Assembly: GCA_934090935.1 (NCBI GenBank)
Contig: CAKOKD010000002.1
Coordinates: 25,438-89,437 of the forward strand
Reading direction: 5' to 3'
Origin: an uncultured Bacilli bacterium
GTDB taxonomy: Bacteria; Bacillota_I; Bacilli_A; RF39; UBA660
DNA length: 64,000 nucleotides
Position numbers and translations under genes: made by a program. Each line of letters opens with the position of its first letter. Position 1 is the stretch's first letter. The notes below the pieces were generated by a model. That model made no database searches. It saw only the letters and a program-made list of their open reading frames with translations, and was not told the DNA's origin. Positions 28,616 to 36,819 of this stretch are shown in pieces.

Positions 28616-28692
28616 TGGTGACCCGTACGGGATTTGAACCCATGAATGCATGCGTGAAAGGCATGTGTGTTAAACCACTTCACCAACGGGCC
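28616..28692 (-). tRNA. tRNA-Glu (anticodon UUC), CCA encoded
   Basis: The reverse complement reads GGCCCGTTGGTGAAGTGGTTTAACACACATGCCTTTCACGCATGCATTCATGGGTTCAAATCCCGTACGGGTCACCA. It folds as a cloverleaf with anticodon loop CTTTCAC. A TTGACA-18-TATTAT promoter lies at 28703-28732 (-) and a terminator hairpin at 28581-28603 (-). Confidence 0.9.
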
Positions 28693-28807
28693 ATGCAAAT
28701 AGATAATACTATATTTTCTATAATGATGTCAATAGAAAAAAATATAAATTAAAAAAATATATACTTTTTGCACAACGTGATATAATAAATATATAGAAGG
28801 TGTAAGT

Positions 28808-30274
28808 ATGAGGAGAGTTAAAAAAAAGTTTATTAAATTTAACAATTTATACATTGAAATAACAAGAATAACTTTGTCTTTATTCATATTCATAATAAGC
28901 ATGATTTTATCAAAAAATATCTTTGCTCCTAAAAAGATCTATTCTCTAGTTTTAAACGGAGAAGAAAAGACAGAGGTAACGATAAAAAATGAGTATAAGG
29001 ATGCTGGTTTTGAGTTCTTTGAAAATGATGAAGTAATTGAACCTGATAAATTAAATATCAAAGTAAAAAATGATGTTGATACTAATAATTTAGGTCAATA
29101 TTCATATCTATATGAGATAACTTATAATAATAAAACTTATACAACAAAAAGAATTGTTAACGTTATAGATGATGTTCCTCCAGTAATAAAAACTGACATC
29201 GAAAACGTTGAGATATATTCCTGTCAAAAGGATAGTAAACTTAATCTAACATTTACTGCTGAAGATAATTATGATGGTGTAATCACGGATAAAGTAACGG
29301 AGAAAATTGAAGAAAATAAAGTTATTTTAAGTGTCGTTGATTCATCTGGAAATCAAACTATAAAAGAAATACCTTTAGTTGAAACTGAGGAACCAAGTCC
29401 AAAGATAAATCTTAATGGAAAAGAAATCGTTTATGTTAAATTAAATGATAATTACACCGAAGAAGGAGCAACTGCTTTTGATGCTTGTGATAAGCCTCTT
29501 GATGATGAAGTTGTTATTGAAGGCACAGTTGATACAACTAAAATAGGTTCTTATGAAGTAAAATATTCAGTAACAAGCAATGAAAAAACTAGTTCTAAAA
29601 CGAGAACGGTTATTGTTTATGATGGAACCAATAGCGACATTATAGCTGAAAATCGGGAAAAGGTCGTTTATTTAACATTTGATGATGGACCTGGAAGATA
29701 TACTGAAGAACTTTTGGATATTCTAAAAAAATATAACGTAAAAGCAACATTCTTTGTAACCAATCAATTTAAATCCTATGTACCTTTAATCAAAAGGGAA
29801 AGTGAAGAAGGGCATACAATCGCGGTTCATACCTTGACTCATAAATGGAGCATATATGATTCAGTTGAAACATATATCAAGGATTTTAACGACATGAATA
29901 ATATTGTAGAAGAATATACAGGAGCGAAAACTAATCTATTTAGATTCCCTGGAGGAAGTTCTAATACCATCAGTAGAGGACATTCAAAAGGAGTTGTTTC
30001 TGCAATAGCAAGTGAAATGACTAAAAGAGGATACGTTTATTTCGATTGGAATGTTGATTCTTGTGATGCAGCTGGAGCAACTTCAAGTCAAATATATAAA
30101 AATGTAACAACAGGAATAGGAAGAAAAAAGGAATCAGTTGTTCTTATGCATGACATAAAAAGAAATACAATCGATGTAATAGAGGATATAATTGTATATG
30201 GATTAAACAATGGTTACACGTTTGATACTTTAAATGTGTCATCTCCGACTGTACACCATCACATAAATAATTGA
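28808..30274 (+). CDS. Polysaccharide deacetylase (NodB homology domain) with N-terminal anchor and Ig-like domains
   Basis: VYLTFDDGPG and HTLTHKW NodB motifs. Two repeats of the type DAG/ATAFDA...DD..V... resemble Ig-like (DUF5011-type) domains. Confidence 0.85.
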   Translation: MRRVKKKFIKFNNLYIEITRITLSLFIFIISMILSKNIFAPKKIYSLVLNGEEKTEVTIKNEYKDAGFEFFENDEVIEPDKLNIKVKNDVDTNNLGQYSYLYEITYNNKTYTTKRIVNVIDDVPPVIKTDIENVEIYSCQKDSKLNLTFTAEDNYDGVITDKVTEKIEENKVILSVVDSSGNQTIKEIPLVETEEPSPKINLNGKEIVYVKLNDNYTEEGATAFDACDKPLDDEVVIEGTVDTTKIGSYEVKYSVTSNEKTSSKTRTVIVYDGTNSDIIAENREKVVYLTFDDGPGRYTEELLDILKKYNVKATFFVTNQFKSYVPLIKRESEEGHTIAVHTLTHKWSIYDSVETYIKDFNDMNNIVEEYTGAKTNLFRFPGGSSNTISRGHSKGVVSAIASEMTKRGYVYFDWNVDSCDAAGATSSQIYKNVTTGIGRKKESVVLMHDIKRNTIDVIEDIIVYGLNNGYTFDTLNVSSPTVHHHINN

Positions 30275-30319
30275 TTTATAACAATATTTAATTTATAATT
30301 AACATGTGAGGTGTTGTAA

Positions 30320-31297
30320 ATGGATAGTAAAAAGGATGTAAACAACAAACAAAAAAATTATTTAACTAAAAAAGAGAAAGAAAATATTAGAAAAGGTGTA
30401 CTAGAAGAAATAAATGATGAAATGCGTTCTAACTTATGCGAAAATGTGATGAATGATATAAATGAACGTATCAATGATGAATATAAGGAAACTTTGAAAG
30501 AGACTATATCAAATGAACTTATTTCTGATATAAAAGAAAATATTAAAGCTGACGAAAAAAGAATGACAAGGAGAAAAAGTTTTAAAATTGTAAGACTTTA
30601 CATTTACATTATATTGCTTATGGCTTGTTCAATCTTTTTGGTATATAAACTTTATATAACAGGTAATTTGGACATTGCAAAAGAGATTAAAGTATCTACA
30701 ACTTCTACAACAACAGCCGTAGTTAAAGATTTAAAATGGTACATGAACAAATATGGCAATATTTTAAACAATATAAAAATTGACAATCTATCTCTTCTTA
30801 ATGGAACTTATGATATAAGTAAAATCGATATAAAGGATAAACTTGCACTAGCATATAATAATCTTTCAAGTGATGCTACTCTTAAAGATGGAATGATCTA
30901 TAAGGTTGATGAAAATAGCTTAAAGGAATCATATAAAAACCTATTTGGAACTGAAGATGGTTATGCTCCCTCATCATTTCAAGTAGGGAAAACGTCATTT
31001 GCTTATTCTTCATCGTCTTTATCGTATATAGCAGTAACTAGCGAGGATGTTAAACCAAATGATGTTGTTATGGAAATAACTAACATAGAAGAAGTGGATG
31101 AAACACTAGTGGTTGAATGCATAACTGCACTTGTTAAAGATAATAAGATATATAATATCAATAATTTAGAAACTGAAGTAAAAGAATATATATCAGGAGA
31201 ATCATTAAAAGGAATCGAAGCATCCTTAACTAAAAATAAAATAACATTCACAAAAACTAATGATAATTATTATATAAGTTCAATATCTCGTATTTAA
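30320..31297 (+). CDS. Bitopic membrane protein, function unknown
   Basis: GAGGTG RBS. A charged N-terminus, one TM helix (IVRLYIYIILLMACSIFLVYKLY) and an extracytoplasmic domain. Confidence 0.5.
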   Translation: MDSKKDVNNKQKNYLTKKEKENIRKGVLEEINDEMRSNLCENVMNDINERINDEYKETLKETISNELISDIKENIKADEKRMTRRKSFKIVRLYIYIILLMACSIFLVYKLYITGNLDIAKEIKVSTTSTTTAVVKDLKWYMNKYGNILNNIKIDNLSLLNGTYDISKIDIKDKLALAYNNLSSDATLKDGMIYKVDENSLKESYKNLFGTEDGYAPSSFQVGKTSFAYSSSSLSYIAVTSEDVKPNDVVMEITNIEEVDETLVVECITALVKDNKIYNINNLETEVKEYISGESLKGIEASLTKNKITFTKTNDNYYISSISRI

Positions 31298-31322
31298 TAT
31301 GCAATTTTGCATATTTTTTTTT
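31297..31322 (+). terminator. Rho-independent terminator
   Basis: ATATGCAA..TTGCATAT followed by T9. Confidence 0.6.
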
Positions 31323-31379
31323 GTTTTAGAAGAAAAATGCATATTTATCGGTAAAGATATTTATGAGGAGGTATATGTT

Positions 31380-31790
31380 ATGGGATATGAAAGCGAACTT
31401 AATGATTTATTTGTAGATGATGAACTTTTTTCTTATGCTATAAACGATATTACCAATCAACATGAAATAAATTCATCTATTAGACTTGGTAGTATATTAA
31501 ATCGTATAAAAATCGATTATGGTTTGCAAGGAATAAGACAAACAGTTAGTTTTATAAATAAAATATCAGCGACTAAAGTGGTGTTCAATGATTTGAGAAA
31601 AACCATGAAATTCTTTGAATACATATCAAAAGGTATGCGTATTTCTTATAAGATAACTATGGACCATTACAAAATGTTGCTTAAATTAAATGATACTAAA
31701 GAAATCAATGATTATATCGATATATGCGCTGCAAACAAGTTCAATGTTGATGATTTATCGGTTATGTTAAATGATAAAAATAAAAGTTGA
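31380..31790 (+). CDS. Hypothetical protein
   Basis: The ATG at 31380 follows a GAGGAGG RBS. The longer track ORF would run through the upstream terminator. Confidence 0.45.
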   Translation: MGYESELNDLFVDDELFSYAINDITNQHEINSSIRLGSILNRIKIDYGLQGIRQTVSFINKISATKVVFNDLRKTMKFFEYISKGMRISYKITMDHYKMLLKLNDTKEINDYIDICAANKFNVDDLSVMLNDKNKS

Positions 31791-31866
31791 TTAGTTTACA
31801 TTTATTAAAAGTATTTTATATATTTACTTTTTTCTTATGTTATAATGGTTGTATAAGGTGAGAATT

Positions 31867-32568
31867 ATGGAATTTATAGAATTAAAAAATGTTTTTAAGG
31901 TTTATAAAAATGGTGTAACCGCACTTGCAGATGTAAGTGTTTCGATAAGCGCTGGAGAATTTGTGTTTATCATTGGTGAATCCGGATCTGGTAAATCGAC
32001 ACTTACAAAGCTTCTATATCGTGAAGAAAAACCAAATAAAGGTAGTGTCTTTGTTGGAGGAGTAAACGTATCAAGTCTTAGAAACAGCAATGTATATAAA
32101 TTGAGAAGAAAGATTGGAGTTGTTTTTCAAGACTTTAAATTGCTTCCAAAATTGACTGTATATGAAAATGTTGCATATCCTCTTGAGAGCTATGGTATGG
32201 ATAAAACAGAGATAAAGGAAAAAGTTTTAAAGGCGATTGAAAGGGTAGGATTAAAAAACAAACTAAGAAGTTATCCTAATCAATTATCCGGAGGAGAACA
32301 ACAAAGAGTTTGTATAGCTCGTGCTATTGTAAATGAACCTAAACTCATTATATGTGATGAGCCAACAGGAGATTTAGACCCTAAGATGAGTAAAGAGATA
32401 ATGGATGTTATCAATAATATCAATAAAGAACTTGCATCGACTGTAATTATGGCAACGCATGATAAAGAGATCGTAAACAGAATGAAAAAACGTGTTATCG
32501 CGATTCATAATGGAGTTTTAGTATCTGATAAGAAGAAAGGAAGTTATATTGAAGATGAGAATATTTAG
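31867..32568 (+). CDS. ftsE: Cell division ATP-binding protein FtsE
   Basis: Walker A GESGSGKST, signature LSGGEQQR and Walker B LIICDEPTG. ftsX follows. Confidence 0.9.
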   Translation: MEFIELKNVFKVYKNGVTALADVSVSISAGEFVFIIGESGSGKSTLTKLLYREEKPNKGSVFVGGVNVSSLRNSNVYKLRRKIGVVFQDFKLLPKLTVYENVAYPLESYGMDKTEIKEKVLKAIERVGLKNKLRSYPNQLSGGEQQRVCIARAIVNEPKLIICDEPTGDLDPKMSKEIMDVINNINKELASTVIMATHDKEIVNRMKKRVIAIHNGVLVSDKKKGSYIEDENI

Positions 32569-33451
32569 AATATTAGGAAAAAGTTTTACTAATGCATTTA
32601 AAAGTATATTCCGTAATTTTTCTCTTAGTTTAGCTTCTATATCTTGTACTGCAATTACTCTAATCTTAGTGTCGATTGCCTTACTTACAACCTATAACGT
32701 CAATTCTATGACTAAAAACATTGAAGGTACACTTACTATAATCGCATTTATAGATGATAAATCAACTGATGAGGAAATAGAAAACATTAAAGCAAGTGTT
32801 GTTGCAATAGATAATATTGATGAAAATAAAACGATTTATCGCAGTAAAGACGAGATAAAAAATGAGCTTCTTCAAGATGAAGATATGAAGGAGTCTTTGG
32901 AAATATTGGATGATAATCCACTAAGTCCAACGCTTGTATTAAGTGTAAAAAACGTAAGAAAAATAACATCCACTGCAAATGAAATCAAAGCAATAGATAA
33001 AATTACTGCTGTAAAGTATGGCGAAACAGTAGTAAATAAAGTTTTAAATGTATTTGAAGTTGCTAGAAATTCATGTGTTATAGCTGTAATAGCTTTAGTA
33101 ATTGTTACAATGTTCTTAAATGAAAATACAATTAAAATAACTATTTTTTCAAGGAAAAACGAAATTGAAATTATGCGTTTAGTTGGTACAAGCAACACAG
33201 TAATCAAACTACCATTTATATTTGAAGGATTTATTCTTGGACTTGTTGGATCGATTTTGCCAATCGTGATTACAATATTTGGATATTTTTACTTTTATGA
33301 TGTATCAGGAGGAAAGCTATATACGGATTTATTGATGTTAGTAAAACCTAGTGATATTGTTTATGTTTCAAGTTTTGTTTTAGCAATTATCGGATCATTA
33401 GTTGGTATATTTGGATCGACAAAAGCAGTAAGGAGATATTTAAAAATATGA
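32555..33451 (+). CDS. ftsX: Cell division permease-like protein FtsX
   Basis: One TM helix, a large extracellular loop and three C-terminal TM helices. It overlaps ftsE. Confidence 0.85.
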   Translation: MRIFRILGKSFTNAFKSIFRNFSLSLASISCTAITLILVSIALLTTYNVNSMTKNIEGTLTIIAFIDDKSTDEEIENIKASVVAIDNIDENKTIYRSKDEIKNELLQDEDMKESLEILDDNPLSPTLVLSVKNVRKITSTANEIKAIDKITAVKYGETVVNKVLNVFEVARNSCVIAVIALVIVTMFLNENTIKITIFSRKNEIEIMRLVGTSNTVIKLPFIFEGFILGLVGSILPIVITIFGYFYFYDVSGGKLYTDLLMLVKPSDIVYVSSFVLAIIGSLVGIFGSTKAVRRYLKI

Positions 33452-34647
33452 TGAAAAAAGTCTTAATCGTGATATGTACAGCTTTAATTCTTGTTACAGG
33501 AACAACAGCTTATGCGGCTAGTAAAGCTCGTACATTAAAAGAATTACGTGCAGAACTTGCTTCATGGAAAAAAGAACAAGCTGCTAATGAATCGAAGAAA
33601 ACTGCTACAAAAAATGAGATTAGCAGTGCTAAAGCTTCTGTTTCGAGCAAACAAACAGAGATATCTAACAATCAACAAAAAATAGCTGATTCACTTAAAG
33701 AATCTGAACAGTTAGAAAAGGATATAGCTAGTGGTAAAACAGAACTTGAAAAGATAATAAAAAATTATCAGATATCTAAAGGGGATAATGTATACTTAGA
33801 GTACATATTTAAAGCTACTAGTTATGAAGATTTAATCTATAGATATGCTATTATGGAACAGCTTATGAACTATCAAAAGGATAAAATAGATGAGTGGAAA
33901 GGAAAAATAGAATATAACACTCAATTGAAAATTGATCTTGAAAATAGGGAAGTTGAATTAAACAATCAAATAGACAGTCTTGCTAATGATATAAAATCTC
34001 TTAACAATAAACTTGCTGATTATCTTGATGTAACTATGGATATTAAAGATGAGATTTCTTCAACTCAAGAACTTATCAATTATTATGAAAAAATTGGATG
34101 TAAAGAGGACGAAGACTTGGAAAAATGTGTAAGTGTTAGAGGAGATACCGGATTTTTAAGACCTCTTAATAGAGGAGTTACAACTTCATATTTTGGTTAT
34201 AGAACACATCCTGTAACTGGAGTTAAAAATAAATTCCATTCAGGAATTGATATTGGTGGTAATAAAGAAGGTACTAGTGTTTATAGTGTTGCTAATGGAA
34301 TGGTTTCTAAAATCGTTAGAAAGGCTAGCTGTGGAGGTAATCAAGTTTATATTCAACATTTGATAAATGGTAAACAATATACTTCATGTTATATGCACCT
34401 TTTGACAATAAATGTAAGTGTTGGTGATAAAGTAACTAATCAAACCATTGTTGGAACTGTTGGTGGAGGATCGGGTACTCCATGGGATTCATGTTCAACT
34501 GGGGCACACCTACATTTTGGACTTGGAACAGGTTGGTATGGAACAACTTATACATCCTATGCCAAATGGGTTGCTAATTTGATTGATCCAAAGAGTTATT
34601 TAAAATTCCCGGATTTAAGAAAATACTTCTATAGTAGAGTATTATAA
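33448..34647 (+). CDS. Coiled-coil M23 (LytM) peptidoglycan endopeptidase, FtsEX-associated type
   Basis: Signal peptide and a long coiled coil. M23 motifs HSGIDIGG and GAHLHFG. Its start overlaps the ftsX stop. Confidence 0.85.
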   Translation: MMKKVLIVICTALILVTGTTAYAASKARTLKELRAELASWKKEQAANESKKTATKNEISSAKASVSSKQTEISNNQQKIADSLKESEQLEKDIASGKTELEKIIKNYQISKGDNVYLEYIFKATSYEDLIYRYAIMEQLMNYQKDKIDEWKGKIEYNTQLKIDLENREVELNNQIDSLANDIKSLNNKLADYLDVTMDIKDEISSTQELINYYEKIGCKEDEDLEKCVSVRGDTGFLRPLNRGVTTSYFGYRTHPVTGVKNKFHSGIDIGGNKEGTSVYSVANGMVSKIVRKASCGGNQVYIQHLINGKQYTSCYMHLLTINVSVGDKVTNQTIVGTVGGGSGTPWDSCSTGAHLHFGLGTGWYGTTYTSYAKWVANLIDPKSYLKFPDLRKYFYSRVL

Positions 34648-34700
34648 GTATATAAAAGTTATTAAATGGCATATTATTATTAGAACTTAGGAGGAAGACA

Positions 34701-35912
34701 ATGAAAAAAGAAACTTTAAAAAATATATTGATTTTACTTGGTATAGTTATTGGTATTGTTTTAGTGCTAACACTTTTACCAAATACGCCAATTTGGAATA
34801 TAGTTGTGTTATTGCTGATTTTAAGCTTGCTTATATTTGTACATGAAGGAGGACATTTCTTAGTTGCTAAAAAATGTGGTGTTCATGTCTACGAGTTTGC
34901 TTTAGGAATGGGACCAAAAGTATTATCGTTAAAAAGAAAAAATGATCCAACAGAGTATACTTTAAGGGCTTTCCCAATCGGAGGCTTTTGCGCTATGGCC
35001 GGTGAAGAAGGCGAGGATGATGAAAATCTTCCTAAAGATAAATTTATGTGCAATAAATCAAAAATAAAAAGAATTTTGATTTTGGTTGCCGGTGTTACAA
35101 TGAACTTCATCACTGCCATTGTGCTTCTATTCATAATTGGTCTTTGCTATGGAAGTACTGACCAATCAAGTGTCATTGGTTCTGTTTCAGAAGGAACTCC
35201 TGCATATAATGCTGGTTTAAAAGAAAATGATACAATTATAGAATGCAATGGATATAAAATAAAAACTTGGGATAAACTAACTATTGTTACCAATTTAAAA
35301 AACAAAAATGATTATTATGAATATAAGATAAAACATGAGGATGGATCGATTGATACATACAAGATTGTTCCTGATAAGTATGTTGTATTTGATGGAAAAA
35401 CAATAAAAATTGATGAAACAAATACATTGGAAAGTATTTTAAAAGAATATGATAAAAAAGAAAAAGATGTTACAATATCTAATCTTGTAGGTATTCAAGC
35501 TAAAAGTAAAGTAAATAAAGGCTTTGTTTCAGCCATAAAATATGCATTTTCTAAATTTGGTAGCATTGTATCAACGATGATTCTTATAATTGGTTCATTG
35601 TTTACTGGAAAGTTAGGCCTTTCAGCTTTATCTGGACCTGTTGGAATGTATTCGGTTGTTGGTACAGTTGCATCTTTAGGTTTTGCTAATATCATATATC
35701 TAACGGCATACCTTTCAATAAATCTAGGAGTATTAAATATTTTACCATTCCCAGCTTTTGATGGAGGGAGAGTATTATTTGTTTTGATAGAAGCAGTTAC
35801 AAGAAAGAAAGTTGATCCTAAAATAGAAGGATATTTCCATACAGTTGGTTTTGCTCTTATAATGCTTCTTATGATATATATAACATTCCAAGATGTACTT
35901 AGATTATTCTAA
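34701..35912 (+). CDS. rseP: RIP site-2 metalloprotease RseP/RasP
   Basis: HEGGHFLVAK (HExxH), a PDZ-like insert, and NILPFPAFDGGR (LDG motif). Confidence 0.85.
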   Translation: MKKETLKNILILLGIVIGIVLVLTLLPNTPIWNIVVLLLILSLLIFVHEGGHFLVAKKCGVHVYEFALGMGPKVLSLKRKNDPTEYTLRAFPIGGFCAMAGEEGEDDENLPKDKFMCNKSKIKRILILVAGVTMNFITAIVLLFIIGLCYGSTDQSSVIGSVSEGTPAYNAGLKENDTIIECNGYKIKTWDKLTIVTNLKNKNDYYEYKIKHEDGSIDTYKIVPDKYVVFDGKTIKIDETNTLESILKEYDKKEKDVTISNLVGIQAKSKVNKGFVSAIKYAFSKFGSIVSTMILIIGSLFTGKLGLSALSGPVGMYSVVGTVASLGFANIIYLTAYLSINLGVLNILPFPAFDGGRVLFVLIEAVTRKKVDPKIEGYFHTVGFALIMLLMIYITFQDVLRLF

Positions 35913-35987
35913 TACATCTTTTTTCTTGTCTATAAATTTATTATGTGATAATATTAATATTGTAGAGTAATGATAAGGGGAGTATTT

Positions 35988-36572
35988 ATGAATGCTTTTG
36001 ATGAATTTATAATGAGTGATGCTTTTTTTCCTGTTTTGGTTTTTTTACTGATATTATTGGTAGTCGTGTTCATTCTTATAATATTAAATAATAGAAAAAA
36101 ATTTGGACCAATTAAAAAGACAAAAACTCAAAATCTAAATGCAATTAATAAAAGTGAAGAAGTGCATGTAGTAGGTGAACCACTTACAGAAGTAGAAACT
36201 ATAACTACAGATGAGTTTGAAAATATACTTTTAGATGATGAAAAAAATAAAATTGAAGATATACCTGTTGAAGAAGATAAAAGCGAAGAAAATATTATAA
36301 AAGTAGAGGAAAATCCAATATCAACTCAAGAACAAAACGATATTGATATTCCTAAATTTATAAATGAGAACGTTGAAATTAATGATAATAATGATGAAAA
36401 CGTAACTGAAGAAAAAGAAAATGCTTTTGATTTAGGTATAAATGATTTCCCTGATTTTTCTTCAATTGAAGATGCAACAAAAAAGGAAGAACATGAAAAT
36501 AGCCAAATAGAGGATGATATAATGCAAGCAGCAAATAAATATATTGAATCTATTATGTCTAAGAATAAATAG
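35988..36572 (+). CDS. Acidic bitopic membrane protein, function unknown
   Basis: The ATG at 35988 follows a GGGGAG RBS. One TM helix and a highly acidic E/D/N-rich tail. Confidence 0.5.
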   Translation: MNAFDEFIMSDAFFPVLVFLLILLVVVFILIILNNRKKFGPIKKTKTQNLNAINKSEEVHVVGEPLTEVETITTDEFENILLDDEKNKIEDIPVEEDKSEENIIKVEENPISTQEQNDIDIPKFINENVEINDNNDENVTEEKENAFDLGINDFPDFSSIEDATKKEEHENSQIEDDIMQAANKYIESIMSKNK

Positions 36573-36579
36573 GTGAATT

Positions 36580-36708
36580 ATGAAAAAAGAATTTGAAAAT
36601 GTTTATTTAGAATACGTTGATGAACTACCAAAGGTAGAAGAAACTCAAAAGATGAGCAAAGAAGAACTTTTAAGAAAATTAGAGGAAACTCAAAAGATAA
36701 ATTTATAG
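36580..36708 (+). CDS. Possible small charged protein (42 aa)
   Basis: It is not in the ORF track because it is shorter than 60 aa. AGGTGA RBS 4 nt before the ATG. It translates as MKKEFENVYLEYVDELPKVEETQKMSKEELLRKLEETQKINL. Confidence 0.3.
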   Translation: MKKEFENVYLEYVDELPKVEETQKMSKEELLRKLEETQKINL

Positions 36709-36745
36709 ATGATTTGCAATAATTTGCAAATTTTTTTGTGAAATA

Positions 36746-36795
36746 AATGTAAACACATAAAATGTCCTTGAAAATCGGGGGGGGTATTATAAAAT
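36746..36795 (+). promoter_or_regulatory. Family promoter copy 2: AATGTAAA-N14-TTGAAAATC-G8-TATTATAAAAT
   Basis: AATGTAAA at 36746-36753, TTGAAA at 36768-36773, G8 at 36777-36784 and TAAAAT at 36790-36795. Confidence 0.6.
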
Positions 36796-36819
36796 AAAAA
36801 ATAGATGAGGTGTGTTTAA

